Assembly: GCA_001820485.1 (NCBI GenBank)
Contig: MHPU01000039.1
Span: forward strand, 30,904-94,903
Source: Candidatus Staskawiczbacteria bacterium RIFOXYD1_FULL_32_13
GTDB lineage: Bacteria > Patescibacteriota > Minisyncoccia > Minisyncoccales > Staskawiczbacteraceae
Reading direction: 5' to 3'
DNA length: 64,000 nt
Position numbers and translations under genes: made by a program. Of this stretch, positions 27,827 to 37,718 are shown piece by piece (positions within the stretch are counted from its first letter, which is position 1; each line of letters opens with the position of its first letter). A model generated the notes under the pieces. It worked only from the letters and a program-made list of their open reading frames with translations, had not been told where the DNA came from and did no database searches.

Positions 27827-28630
27827 TTAAACTGTTTTTAAAAATTCGCTAGAATATTTTGATGGAAGTTTTATTGGTTTTGATATTTTCCAGATTTGCT
27901 CAAACTGTACTCTAATTAAATCAGAAAACTCTTGGCTATGGATAAGAAATCCAAAACCTTCATTTTTTGAAGAAACAAAAGCTACTTTGTCTGCATAAAG
28001 CCAATAGCCCATATTCCAGGTCATACTTCTTGGAGCTAGTCGTAATTTTCTTTTGTGTTTTTTGCCAACCCCTAAAAATGTATTTATTTTTGCATCAATC
28101 ACATTGTCGTTTGGCCAGATGGCTTTAACTGAAATGTTTTGCCTGATTCTTCTACGATTTAAATCTTCATGATATTCTTTACCTAGAATTTTTACCATTT
28201 CACTAATTGGCCACATAGATAACGATTCAATATCTTTATACCAAAGCATATCTTTAAGGACTTGCTTGATTCCTGTTGTGCCAGAATAAAACTTAATTTT
28301 TGGTTCTAGTGCTTTAATATTTAGATTTAAAGTTGGAAGAATATCAGTAATCATTTTATCTTTTTTCTTTAAATCATCTATTTTTGTATGTATCAAATGT
28401 TGCAGGTTTTTTACATCATCGGCACCAAATAATTTTTTGTTATCTTCTATCTTTTCCGTTACAAGGCCACTATCAATTAATAATCTTAAATTATCATAAA
28501 TAGTTGGTCTTGGCATATTTAGGTTTTCTGCTAATTGGCGAGCAGAGGAATAGCCAGTTTCTAAAAGTCTGGTATATATTCTTATACAATTATCTGAAAA
28601 GCCGATTTCTTTTAATATTGAGTTAATCAT
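27827..28630 (-). CDS. TrmB-family transcriptional regulator
   Basis: The N-terminal winged HTH reads IYTRLLETGYSSARQLAENLNMPRPTIYDNLRLLIDSGLV, and the C-terminal domain has TrmB-like length. Confidence 0.6.
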   Translation of the reverse strand: MINSILKEIGFSDNCIRIYTRLLETGYSSARQLAENLNMPRPTIYDNLRLLIDSGLVTEKIEDNKKLFGADDVKNLQHLIHTKIDDLKKKDKMITDILPTLNLNIKALEPKIKFYSGTTGIKQVLKDMLWYKDIESLSMWPISEMVKILGKEYHEDLNRRRIRQNISVKAIWPNDNVIDAKINTFLGVGKKHKRKLRLAPRSMTWNMGYWLYADKVAFVSSKNEGFGFLIHSQEFSDLIRVQFEQIWKISKPIKLPSKYSSEFLKTV

Positions 28631-28907
28631 AAAATTTTAATTCATTTGTTATTATATTTGTCGCTTGGCGACGACATATTTACAATTTAATAATACATCA
28701 TATATAATAAAAAAGCAAGAGATAATAATTAACTGTTAGACCTGTTGCTAAATAAGACTCGTGCCTAAATTTGAAATTTTGACTGCAAATTTATAAAAAT
28801 TCGTCGGCTTGCCTAAAGGCAAACTTTCTCATTTTTCTAAATTTTCGTACAAAATTTCTGCATTTCGCTTACTCGTCTTATCTAACAACAGGTCTATTTA
28901 TAAAATT

Positions 28908-29912
28908 ATGCAAAATAAAAATATTTGGATTGTGATTGGTATTATCATCATTTTTATTATTACGGCGCTTTTCATGTTTCAAAAACCAGAACAAACTGGC
29001 CTGCAACATGTAACTGTTGGTATACAAACTGGACCTGCCAATGCTTTGGTGATGGTTGCTAAAGATAAAGGATTTTTTGAAAAACAAGGTTTAAATGTTG
29101 AGCTAAAAGAATTTGCCGCAGGCAAAGATGCCTTGATTGCATTTTTAGGTGGTTCACTTGATTTTTCTATTTCTGGTGATGTTCCAGTAACGCTTTCAAC
29201 TTTGGCTGGTAATAAATTTGTTGTGCCTGCACAGGTTGTTGGTAAAACTAAAAATGAGGTTCGTGTTGTTGCAAGAAATGAGAATACCTTGGATACTGCT
29301 GATAAATTCTTTAAAGCCAAAAAACGTAAACTTTCAACATCTATTGGCGGTGGACCAGAATTTTTTACTTACGAGTTTTTAAATAAGCTTGGTATTACTA
29401 AAGATCAAGTTGAAATAATTGCTCAAAAGCCTGGTGATATGCCCGCTGCACTTATTAGTGGAAGCGTTGATGCAATAGCCATTTTTGATCCTTTTGCTTT
29501 TATTGCGGAGAAACAGCTAGGCGATAAAGCAATTACTTTTACTGATGAAAGCCTATATTCTGAGTTATATGTTATTGAGGCAAAAGAGTCTGTAAAACAA
29601 GACTTTACGACTCTTGAAAAACTTTTGAATGGATTAATTGAAGCAGAAAAATTTACTAAAGATAATCCAGAAGAAGCAAAAATTATAGTTATAAAATATA
29701 CCAAACTTGATAAAGAAACAATTGATGGAATTTGGAACAGTTTTGATTTCCGTATTGCATTAACGCCACAACTTTTAGAATATTTAAATAGAGAGGCACA
29801 ATGGGCAATAGATACTGCAAAAGTAACAAAGGAAACTGTAATACCAAATTTCCGCGATATAATTTTTGACATCCCATTAAAGAAAATTTCTCCTTCTGCT
29901 GTTGAAATATAA
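28908..29912 (+). CDS. ABC transporter substrate-binding protein (NMT1/SsuA/TauA-like)
   Basis: A signal/TM is followed by an NMT1-like periplasmic binding fold. I place the start at MQNKNIW, downstream of the ORF-track start. Confidence 0.7.
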   Translation: MQNKNIWIVIGIIIIFIITALFMFQKPEQTGLQHVTVGIQTGPANALVMVAKDKGFFEKQGLNVELKEFAAGKDALIAFLGGSLDFSISGDVPVTLSTLAGNKFVVPAQVVGKTKNEVRVVARNENTLDTADKFFKAKKRKLSTSIGGGPEFFTYEFLNKLGITKDQVEIIAQKPGDMPAALISGSVDAIAIFDPFAFIAEKQLGDKAITFTDESLYSELYVIEAKESVKQDFTTLEKLLNGLIEAEKFTKDNPEEAKIIVIKYTKLDKETIDGIWNSFDFRIALTPQLLEYLNREAQWAIDTAKVTKETVIPNFRDIIFDIPLKKISPSAVEI

Positions 29913-29918
29913 TTATAC

Positions 29919-30674
29919 ATGAAAAAGTTTTTATGGTTTATTCTACCAATTATTTTTCTTCTCATACTTTGGGAAATGATTTCGCATAGTGGTTTTGTTA
30001 GTATTACTCTTTTTCCTCCTCCATCTAAAGTTTTTGCTTCGCTCTGGGAAATGATAATATCTAAAACAATATTTTTAGATTTGCGTGATAGTTTATGGCG
30101 CCTTATCTTAGGACTTTTCCTAGGCTCAGCGTTTGGTGTTATTATAGGGTTGTTTACTGGAAGAAACAAAATTTTTGAAAATATTTTTTTACCTATTATC
30201 CAAATATTTCGCCCACTTCCGCCAGTAGCAATTATTCCGCTTGTAATTATTTGGTTTGGTATTGATGACGGGGCAAAAATATTTTCTATTGCATTTGCAG
30301 TATTTTTTCCTGTTTGGCTTAATACTCATATTGGAGTTGGAAGAATAGCACAAGAATTTTTATGGAGTGCAAAACTTCTCACAGCGTCCTCGATAAAAAT
30401 ATTTCATAAAATCGTTTTTCCTTCGGCAATTCCATTTATAATTGCTGGAATAAGAACAGGTATTGCTGTAGCTTTTGTTATGGTTTTTGTTTCGGAACTC
30501 TCAGGAGCGTCAGGTGGATTAGGGTATAGAATTTCTATTTCTAGTTTAACGTATCGCATTGATGAAATGATAGCAGCTTTAATTGTACTTGGTGCGCTTG
30601 GTGCCCTAACAGATCAATTGTTTGTTTTTGCAACAAATAAAATTTTTCCTTGGATTAAATTTTCAATAAAATGA
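29919..30674 (+). CDS. ABC transporter permease (SsuC/TauC-like)
   Basis: It has six TM helices with an EAA-like loop (SELSGASGGLGY). Confidence 0.8.
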   Translation: MKKFLWFILPIIFLLILWEMISHSGFVSITLFPPPSKVFASLWEMIISKTIFLDLRDSLWRLILGLFLGSAFGVIIGLFTGRNKIFENIFLPIIQIFRPLPPVAIIPLVIIWFGIDDGAKIFSIAFAVFFPVWLNTHIGVGRIAQEFLWSAKLLTASSIKIFHKIVFPSAIPFIIAGIRTGIAVAFVMVFVSELSGASGGLGYRISISSLTYRIDEMIAALIVLGALGALTDQLFVFATNKIFPWIKFSIK

Positions 30675-31384
30675 ACCATATTTTAGTAAAAAATTTATCA
30701 GTTAATTATAAAAATTTTTGCGCTTTAAAGAGCGTAAATTTTGATGTTAATAAAGGTGAATTTGTAGCTATAGTCGGTAAATCTGGAAGTGGAAAAACTA
30801 CTTTTTTGAAAGCGCTTGCTGGGTTTGTTCCATTTTTGGGTCAAGTTACTATACCAAAGAATATTGGTATGATGTTTCAGAATTATGCCACTTTTGCCTG
30901 GCTCACTGTTTCGGAAAATATAGCTTTTGGTCTGGATGGAAAAAATAGCAAAGAGCAAATTAAGATAATTGATGAACATTTAAAATTAGCAGAACTTGAG
31001 GATAAAAGAGATAAGTACCCCGCTGAGCTCTCAGGTGGGCAGATGCAACGTGTTGCTCTTGCTCGATCTTTGGCACATAATTCAGAGGTATTGTTAATGG
31101 ATGAGCCATATGGTTCATTAGATGCATATACAAGAGACAAGATGCAACAGTGGCTTTTGAATATTTGGACAAAGTATAATAAGACTATTGTGTTTGTAAC
31201 GCACAATATTGAAGAAGCAATTTTTCTTGCTGATCGAGTTTTAGTTCTAAATGATCAAAAATTTGTTGGTGAATATAAAATATCATTTACGCGACCACGC
31301 AATGAAAGTATTAAATTTTCACCAGAATTTAATATATTACGTCAGGAAATCTTTGAATCACTAAATCAGCATCTCGTGTCATAG
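30671..31384 (+). CDS. ABC transporter ATP-binding protein
   Basis: The Walker A is GKSGSGKTT, the signature LSGGQMQRVALAR, and the Walker B LLMDEPYGSLD. It overlaps the upstream gene by 4 nt. Confidence 0.85.
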   Translation: MNHILVKNLSVNYKNFCALKSVNFDVNKGEFVAIVGKSGSGKTTFLKALAGFVPFLGQVTIPKNIGMMFQNYATFAWLTVSENIAFGLDGKNSKEQIKIIDEHLKLAELEDKRDKYPAELSGGQMQRVALARSLAHNSEVLLMDEPYGSLDAYTRDKMQQWLLNIWTKYNKTIVFVTHNIEEAIFLADRVLVLNDQKFVGEYKISFTRPRNESIKFSPEFNILRQEIFESLNQHLVS

Positions 31385-31478
31385 TTTAGATTTATTATTA
31401 CAAACAAAAAATTATTGTACTGACAGGTAAATATTATAAATAAAATATTATTAATTTAAAAATAATAGAACTTTAAGG

Positions 31479-31507
31479 TTGACATATTTAAAATAATAGA
31501 ATAATAT
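31479..31507 (+). promoter_or_regulatory. Sigma70-type promoter for the rplJ-rplL operon
   Basis: The -35 TTGACA (31479-84) and the -10 TAATAT (31502-07) are separated by an exact 17-nt spacer. Confidence 0.7.
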
Positions 31508-31513
31508 ATAAAC

Positions 31514-31778
31514 ATAGTCCGCAGACGGTTTTGCCTCGCAAATATGCGAAATAATTTGGAGTTTTGCTCCAAGCAAGCCATAGGATCAAGTTTTAGATAA
31601 TAGCGTAGTTTGTTCTACTACAACCTACTCACTACTACCTACAAACTAAATTCGTCTGCGAAAAAGGTCGCAGTTTTTTTATTTCAAGGCGATACCAATG
31701 AAACGAATAACATATACCAATGAAACTAATATTAGTATAATTGGTATGAAATTAGTATATTAGTATCGCGATGACGAA
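31514..31778 (+). promoter_or_regulatory. Candidate L10 (rplJ) leader autoregulatory RNA
   Basis: The roughly 265-nt leader has a long-range inverted repeat, GTCCGCAGACG (31518-28) against CGTCTGCG (31645-52). A GGTCGCAG hairpin plus TTTTTTT gives an attenuator-like terminator. Confidence 0.45.
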
Positions 31779-32270
31779 ATGGCATTAAATAAAGATCAGA
31801 AAAAAAAGCAGTTAGAGAGTTTAAAAGAAAAGATTGTAAATCAAAAATCAATAGTTTTTGTTGATTTCTCAAAAGTAGCATCAGATAAAATGTTTACTTT
31901 AAGAAAAAAACTTAAAGAAGAAGGATGTAATTTAAAAATTGGAAAGAAAACATTAATTAGAGTAGCTTTTGGACAAGCAGGAATTTCTTTTTGGAATGTA
32001 ATGAAAAAGAGTATCCCTGGGCAATTAGCTTTGGTTTTTGGAATTGAAGACGAAATAGCACCTGCTAGAATCTCAAATCAATTTTCAAAAGATAATGAAA
32101 ATTTTAAGATTTTAGGAGGTATTTTTGAAAGTAGGTTTATTGATAGAGAAAAAGTATTGGTACTTGCGAATATTCCACCAAGAAATGAATTACTTGGTAG
32201 ATTGGTTGGTTCGCTCGCCAGTCCAATGGCAAGTTTTGTAAGAGTATTAGATAAAATAGCAACAAAATAA
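31779..32270 (+). CDS. rplJ: 50S ribosomal protein L10
   Basis: The protein reads MALNKDQKKKQLESLKEKIVNQKSIVFVDF...LVGSLASPM, which matches the L10 family. Confidence 0.85.
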   Translation: MALNKDQKKKQLESLKEKIVNQKSIVFVDFSKVASDKMFTLRKKLKEEGCNLKIGKKTLIRVAFGQAGISFWNVMKKSIPGQLALVFGIEDEIAPARISNQFSKDNENFKILGGIFESRFIDREKVLVLANIPPRNELLGRLVGSLASPMASFVRVLDKIATK

Positions 32271-32442
32271 TTAATTTATCGCTCGTAAATTAAATTTTTT
32301 CGCTCAGGATATTACTTTCCAAATGACGCGATAATTTTTACCTGTTGGTAAAAATTTCACTCAGTTCTCAGCCACTGCGGTGGCTTCCGAAAAGCATTTG
32401 GAAAATAACATCCTTCGCTCAAAATTTATTTTTATAAAAAAA

Positions 32443-32844
32443 ATGACAGATGAAATAAAAGCAGAAGTGCCAGCTAAATTTAAAAATTTGGTTGAGGAAA
32501 TAAAAAAACTTCCAGTTGTGGAACTGGCAGAACTTGTAAAAGTTTTGGAAGCAGAGTTTGGAGTTTCAGCAGCAGCTCCAGTAGCTGTAGCTGGACCTGC
32601 AGCAGGCCCAGTAGAGGAGAAAACAGCTTTTAATGTAGAATTAAAAGAAGTTGGAGCTCAAAAGATTGAAGTTATTAAAGTTGTAAGAGATGTTACAGCA
32701 AAAGGATTAAAAGAATCAAAAGACTTGGTTGACTTAGCAGCAGCTGGAACAGCTCAATTGATTAAAGAAGGGGTAAAGAAAGAAGAAGCTGATGAAATTG
32801 CAAAGAGATTTACAACCGCAGGAGCAAAAGTAGAGATAAAATAA
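32443..32844 (+). CDS. rplL: 50S ribosomal protein L7/L12
   Basis: It begins MTDEIKAEV...[29 protein letters not shown] and ends KVEIK. The ORF-track start at 32380 is upstream of the true start. Confidence 0.85.
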   Translation: MTDEIKAEVPAKFKNLVEEIKKLPVVELAELVKVLEAEFGVSAAAPVAVAGPAAGPVEEKTAFNVELKEVGAQKIEVIKVVRDVTAKGLKESKDLVDLAAAGTAQLIKEGVKKEEADEIAKRFTTAGAKVEIK

Positions 32845-32851
32845 AACACTC

Positions 32852-32884
32852 GTCATTGCGAGGAGCAAAGCGACGAAGCAATCT
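32852..32884. repeat. Truncated copy of the GTCATTGCGAGG MITE-like repeat
   Basis: It reads GTCATTGCGAGGAGCAAAGCGACGAAGCAATCT, which is only the left arm. Confidence 0.55.
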
Positions 32885-32908
32885 AAACAGGGGTAAAACC
32901 CTGTTTTT
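32885..32908 (+). terminator. Rho-independent terminator after rplL
   Basis: The stem AAACAGGG/CCCTGTTT has a GTAAAA loop and is followed by TT. Confidence 0.65.
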
Positions 32909-33029
32909 GCTTGCAAAATTTTATAGTCGGAGTAACATTAACTAATATGACCAACGCACAACCGACATGGTGCCGTGTTGCGTCGCTGGCCAATGTCCTT
33001 TCTTTTAGGCATTTGCCTGGAGGGGTACG

Positions 33030-33263
33030 ATGGCCGATTTGGAATTTACTAAGAAAAATTTTCGGGCGTTGTATTGGCTGTGGAAAAACTACTTGTCTTC
33101 TGCTAAAGGAATGGCAACTGAAGTAGTTGAAGGGGCTGGGCGGTTGTATAGTGTTTTGATCTTTCAAATTCATTGTGAGGACAAAAACTCTGAATTTGAC
33201 AAGCCGATTTCCGATCGTGCACGGATGTTGTGGCAACAATTCTTGGCATATATCACTATTTGA
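33030..33263 (+). CDS. Hypothetical protein in GC-rich islet 4
   Basis: It is a 77-aa ORF in a roughly 45% GC block. GGAGG lies 6 nt upstream of the ATG. A hairpin GGGCTTTGCGGAGCCC plus a T-tract follows at 33290-33318. Confidence 0.4.
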   Translation: MADLEFTKKNFRALYWLWKNYLSSAKGMATEVVEGAGRLYSVLIFQIHCEDKNSEFDKPISDRARMLWQQFLAYITI

Positions 33264-33289
33264 CTTTCGTGATATTGCCAAGAAGGAAG

Positions 33290-33318
33290 AGGGCTTTGCG
33301 GAGCCCTTTTTGTTTTTT
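33290..33318 (+). terminator. Rho-independent terminator of the islet-4 ORF
   Basis: The stem GGGCTTTG/CGGAGCCC is followed by TTTTTGTTTTTT. Confidence 0.6.
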
Positions 33319-33342
33319 ATATTTTTTGGTAATATATAATAT

Positions 33343-34305
33343 ATGAAAGATGATATATATAATAATTTAAAATTAGATTTGCCAGAACTCAAGGAAGGCG
33401 TTTTGTTAAAAGATTATACAACTTTTAAAATTGGCGGTTTGGCCAAATATTTTTTTATTGCACATAGCAAAGAAATTTTAATAAAAGTAATAAAATTAGC
33501 AAAGACAAACAAAATTCCAATTTTTGTTTTAGGTGGTGGAAGCAATCTTTTAATATCTGATAAAGGGTTTAAGGGATTAGTTATAAAGTTAAAAGTTAAA
33601 AGTTATAAAGTAAATAAAAATAAAATTGTAGTTGATGCTGGGGTGGGTTTATCAAAATTAGTAAATTTAGTTTTAGAAAATAGTTTAACTGGAATGGATT
33701 GGGCTGCGGGGATTCCGGGGAGCACTGGTGGTGCAATTTATGGTAATGCTCAGGCATTTGGGGAAAAAATTTCAGATAATTTGATGGAAGTAGAATATCT
33801 TGATGTGAAAAGTTTAAAAATAAAAAAAGTATCTAAAAAACAGTGTAAATTTACCTTAAAAAATAGCATATTTAAAAAAAATAAAAATTTGATAGTTTTA
33901 TCTGCAACTTTTGATTTAAAGAAAGGAAATATTAATGAGATTCGTAAAAATGTATTAGAGCATATAAATTATAGAAAGAAAAATCATCCGATTAATTTTC
34001 CTTCAGCTGGTTCAGTTTTTGTAAATACTGAAACAAAAATAACTAATAAAAAATTGCTTGCAAAGTTTCCTGAATTAAAGTATTTTAATAGTAAGGGGGT
34101 AATTCCTTCAGGCTACTTAATTGAAAAGGTGGGGCTTTCCGGAAAACAAATTGGAGGAGCTAAGTTTTCTGATGTTCATGCAAATTTTATTGTAAACACG
34201 GGTAATGCGAAAGCACAAGATGTTTTAAAATTAATCAAATTAGCCAAAAAAAAAGTAAAAAAAATTTTTAATATTAATCTGGAAACAGAAATACAAATAT
34301 TATGA
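33343..34305 (+). CDS. murB: UDP-N-acetylenolpyruvoylglucosamine reductase
   Basis: The FAD-binding domain contains GGGSNLLISD, and the C-terminal MurB domain contains SAGSVF. Confidence 0.85.
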   Translation: MKDDIYNNLKLDLPELKEGVLLKDYTTFKIGGLAKYFFIAHSKEILIKVIKLAKTNKIPIFVLGGGSNLLISDKGFKGLVIKLKVKSYKVNKNKIVVDAGVGLSKLVNLVLENSLTGMDWAAGIPGSTGGAIYGNAQAFGEKISDNLMEVEYLDVKSLKIKKVSKKQCKFTLKNSIFKKNKNLIVLSATFDLKKGNINEIRKNVLEHINYRKKNHPINFPSAGSVFVNTETKITNKKLLAKFPELKYFNSKGVIPSGYLIEKVGLSGKQIGGAKFSDVHANFIVNTGNAKAQDVLKLIKLAKKKVKKIFNINLETEIQIL

Positions 34306-34682
34306 AAATAATAATTAAAACGAAGAATTTGGAATTGACGCCATCATTGGAAAATTATATTAATGAGAAAATTGGTAGTTTAGAAAAATTTATAAAAAAT
34401 TTGCAAAAAGAGGAAGAGGGGAAAACATTGTCAGAAATCTTTGTAGAAGTAGAGAAAGAGTCAAAGCATCATAGGCATGGCGATATTTTTAGAGCAACAG
34501 CACAAGTTATTCTTCCAGGTAAAAGTTTGATAGCTGAAGCTAAAGGAGAAGATTTGCTCTTAGTAATTGTAGAAGTAAAAGACGAACTTCAGCAGGAAAT
34601 TAAAAAATATAAACTAAAAAAAATGGATGCGAAAATAAAAGGTGGTAGGAAAGCAAAGGATCAATTAAAATCAGAAACATAA
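34302..34682 (+). CDS. hpf: Ribosome hibernation promoting factor / RaiA family
   Basis: The beta-alpha-beta-beta-beta-alpha pattern reads MKIIIKTKNLELTPSLENYINEKIGSLEKF...FRATAQVILPGKSLIAEA. Confidence 0.75.
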   Translation: MKIIIKTKNLELTPSLENYINEKIGSLEKFIKNLQKEEEGKTLSEIFVEVEKESKHHRHGDIFRATAQVILPGKSLIAEAKGEDLLLVIVEVKDELQQEIKKYKLKKMDAKIKGGRKAKDQLKSET

Positions 34683-34686
34683 AACA

Positions 34687-37152
34687 ATGTCAATTTTAAC
34701 AAAAATTTTTGGTGATCCAAATGAAAAGTATATAAAGAGTTTACAGCCAATTGTAGAAAAAATAAATTCTTTTGAAATAGAATTTTCAAAACTTTCATTA
34801 CAAGAAATTAAAGAAAAAACCTTTCGACTTCGCTCAGGGCTAGCAAGTGGGAAAACTTTAGACGATATTCTCCCAGAGGCTTTTGCTTTGGTTAGAGAAG
34901 CAGGAAAAAGAACTTTAAATCAAAGGCATTTTGATAGTCAATTAATTGGAGGAATTGTTTTACATCAAGGTAAAATTGCAGAAATGAGAACCGGAGAAGG
35001 TAAAACTTTGTCTGCTACTTTGCCAGCTTATTTAAATGCACTTTTAGGTAAAGGAGTTCATATTGTTACAGTTAACGAATATTTAGCAAAAAGAGATATG
35101 ATTTGGATGGGACAGATTTATAATGCATTAGGATTAACTGCAGGATGCATTACAAATTCAGGAGGTTTTATTTATGATGAAAACTATAAAAATGAAAACG
35201 AAAAAGATGCAAAGAGAGATATAGTGGGAGGATTTTTAGTGGTGGAAGATTTTTTAAAACCAGTTTCAAAAAAAGAAGCTTATAGTGCTGATATAACATA
35301 TGGAACTAATAATGAATTTGGTTTTGATTATTTAAGAGATAATATGGTTTTTGATTTAGAACAAAAGGCACAAAGAGATTTTAATTTTGCAATTGTGGAC
35401 GAAGTAGATTCAATTTTAATTGACGAAGCAAGAGTTCCTTTAATAATTTCTGGAGAAGCTGAGCCTGCAACTGAAAAATATTCATTATTTGCAAAAATTG
35501 TATCAAGTTTGGAAAAAGAAACAGATTATGTTTTAGATGAAAAATTAAAAACAGTCACTTTTACAGAAGAAGGTCAAAATAAAGTGGTAAATAAGTTGGG
35601 CCAAGATCCTTGGCAAGATAATGACATTACAGCTACTCATCAATTGGAATCAGCTTTAAGAGCTAAGGCTTTGTTTATTAAAGATAGAGATTATGTTGCA
35701 CAAAATGGCGAGATTTTAATTATTGATGAATTTACAGGAAGAATTTTGCCTGGTAGAAGATGGTCAGCTGGTTTGCATCAAGCAGTTGAAGCTAAGGAAG
35801 GAGTAAGAGTGCAACCCGAGTCTGTAACTTATGCCACAATAACTTTTCAAAATTATTTTCGCCTTTATAAAAAATTATCTGGAATGACAGGAACTGCTTT
35901 TACTTCAGCTGAAGAATTTGATAAAGTTTATAAATTAGAAGTAGCAATTGTGCCAACAAATAAAACTATTGTTAGAAAAGATTTGCCAGATAAAATTTTT
36001 AAATCTGAAGCTGGAAAATTTAAGGCAGTTGTAAGGGAAATAAAAGAATTAAATCAAAGGGGCCAACCAATTTTAGTTGGAACAAGATCTGTAGAAAGAA
36101 ATGAATATCTTGGAAGATTACTTGAAATGGAAGGAATTAAGCACGAAATTTTAAATGCCAAAAATCATCAAAGAGAAGGAGAAATAATTGCTCAAGCTGG
36201 CAGAAAAGGAGCTGTAACAATTGCTACAAATATGGCAGGTCGAGGGGTTGACATCATACTTGGTGGCAACCCCGTAGACCCTGAGCATAGTCGAAGGGTC
36301 CGTGAATTGGGAGGTTTACACGTTATGGGTACAGAAAGACACGAAGCTCGCAGAATTGATAATCAATTAAGGGGCAGGTCTGGTAGACAGGGAGATCCAG
36401 GAACTACTCAATTTTTTGTTTCTTTAGAAGATGATTTAATGCGTATTTTTGGAGGAGATAGAATAAAGAATTTAATGACCACTTTCAATGTAGCCGAAGA
36501 CGAACCAATTTCAGCTGGGATTTTGTCCGGTGCTTTAGAGTCAGCTCAAAGTAAAATAGAAGGTTTTAATTTTGATTCTCGCCATCATTTGCTTGAATAT
36601 GATGATGTAATGAATAAGCATAGAGAAATAATATATAAAAAAAGAAATGAATTTTTAGAAAAATCAGTATTGGAAGGCCCGTCCTTGCAACAATATGTTC
36701 TAGAGCTTGTAAAAAAAGCTGGGCACACAGAACAAGAATATTTAAATAAAGAAAAAGAATTAGGTGAGCAAAATATGAGGAATGTAGAGAAATTTGTGTG
36801 TTTAAAAGTTTTAGATACTTTATGGCAAGATCATTTAAGCAATATGGAACATATGAGAGATTCTGTAAGACTTAGAGCTTATGGTGGAAAAGATCCTTTA
36901 GTTGAGTATAAAAATGAGGGACACCGAATGTTTGGCGAACTATTAAAAGAAATGGATTTTGAAATAGCACAAGATATTATGAGTGCTGGTTTAACGAAGC
37001 CATCTCAACAGATTAATACAGATTTGAAAACAGATTTACACAGATCACAGACTGGCGGAAAACAAATCGGGCGGAACGATCCATGTCCGTGCGGAAGCGG
37101 AAAGAAATGGAAAAATTGCGGATTAATTAATGCCCCGGAGCACAAAAAATAA
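34687..37152 (+). CDS. secA: Preprotein translocase ATPase SecA
   Basis: The Walker A reads MRTGEGKT. A DEVDSILIDEARVPLIISG motif is present, and the C-terminal zinc-binding tail reads CPCGSGKKWKNC. Confidence 0.9.
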   Translation: MSILTKIFGDPNEKYIKSLQPIVEKINSFEIEFSKLSLQEIKEKTFRLRSGLASGKTLDDILPEAFALVREAGKRTLNQRHFDSQLIGGIVLHQGKIAEMRTGEGKTLSATLPAYLNALLGKGVHIVTVNEYLAKRDMIWMGQIYNALGLTAGCITNSGGFIYDENYKNENEKDAKRDIVGGFLVVEDFLKPVSKKEAYSADITYGTNNEFGFDYLRDNMVFDLEQKAQRDFNFAIVDEVDSILIDEARVPLIISGEAEPATEKYSLFAKIVSSLEKETDYVLDEKLKTVTFTEEGQNKVVNKLGQDPWQDNDITATHQLESALRAKALFIKDRDYVAQNGEILIIDEFTGRILPGRRWSAGLHQAVEAKEGVRVQPESVTYATITFQNYFRLYKKLSGMTGTAFTSAEEFDKVYKLEVAIVPTNKTIVRKDLPDKIFKSEAGKFKAVVREIKELNQRGQPILVGTRSVERNEYLGRLLEMEGIKHEILNAKNHQREGEIIAQAGRKGAVTIATNMAGRGVDIILGGNPVDPEHSRRVRELGGLHVMGTERHEARRIDNQLRGRSGRQGDPGTTQFFVSLEDDLMRIFGGDRIKNLMTTFNVAEDEPISAGILSGALESAQSKIEGFNFDSRHHLLEYDDVMNKHREIIYKKRNEFLEKSVLEGPSLQQYVLELVKKAGHTEQEYLNKEKELGEQNMRNVEKFVCLKVLDTLWQDHLSNMEHMRDSVRLRAYGGKDPLVEYKNEGHRMFGELLKEMDFEIAQDIMSAGLTKPSQQINTDLKTDLHRSQTGGKQIGRNDPCPCGSGKKWKNCGLINAPEHKK

Positions 37153-37228
37153 CTTTTTTGTAAAAGAAAACCCGGGCCTCGACGAATCAAGGCGCACGGG
37201 TTGAGTACTCGCGATGAGGTTGGTTTTC

Positions 37229-37636
37229 TCAGCACAGAACCAAAACATCGCCGGCTGAGAATCCAAAATCATCCATGTAGAATTGCCAGTCCTCGGGACC
37301 TTCGCCGACCATGGGCTTGGCCCATATTAGCGTGGGGACGCAATTGTCTCCGTCGGTGTAGTACCAGTGTTCCGGAAACACCAAAGTCTTTCCTCGTAGT
37401 TCCGTGGGGATCCTGTCTTTCTGTGTTAGCATGCTTCGGGCATGGCTAGCGCCAGTGCGTTTTCCCAGCTTACCGACGATTCCCACCACTTCCTGACTTT
37501 TCCCACTCTGTTCGATGGGGAAGAAATTGGGTCGGAATTCCTGACCCAACTCGGCCGGCACCTCTCCTTGGCAAACCCAGTCATCCCTGCGCGGTTCCCA
37601 CAAATCAGTCATTCGGAAAACCACATTGGTTTCCAT
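37229..37636 (-). CDS. Hypothetical protein in GC-rich islet 2
   Basis: It is a 135-aa ORF in a roughly 52% GC block. AAGGAG lies 6 nt upstream of the ATG. A minus-strand hairpin plus TTTTTT tail sits at 37153-37195. Confidence 0.4.
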   Translation of the reverse strand: METNVVFRMTDLWEPRRDDWVCQGEVPAELGQEFRPNFFPIEQSGKSQEVVGIVGKLGKRTGASHARSMLTQKDRIPTELRGKTLVFPEHWYYTDGDNCVPTLIWAKPMVGEGPEDWQFYMDDFGFSAGDVLVLC

Positions 37637-37718
37637 TTCGTTCTCCTTGCAATAGGGGGGGTAAAAACTTTAGCACAATTCTATAGTTTTATTATATCAT
37701 ATTATATAATCTTGTCAA

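Noticed and set aside
33335-33340. TATAAT box 3 nt upstream of the murB ATG
   Set aside because: It is too close to the start codon to be a standard -10 element unless the transcript is leaderless from within the gene. It is probably a chance AT-rich hexamer.
32883-33392. 169-aa minus-strand ORF spanning GC-rich islet 4
   Set aside because: It has no SD and runs antisense through the rplL terminator. The + strand 33030..33263 ORF has GGAGG at the correct spacing and its own hairpin plus T-tract terminator. The long minus ORF is probably a GC-induced open frame.
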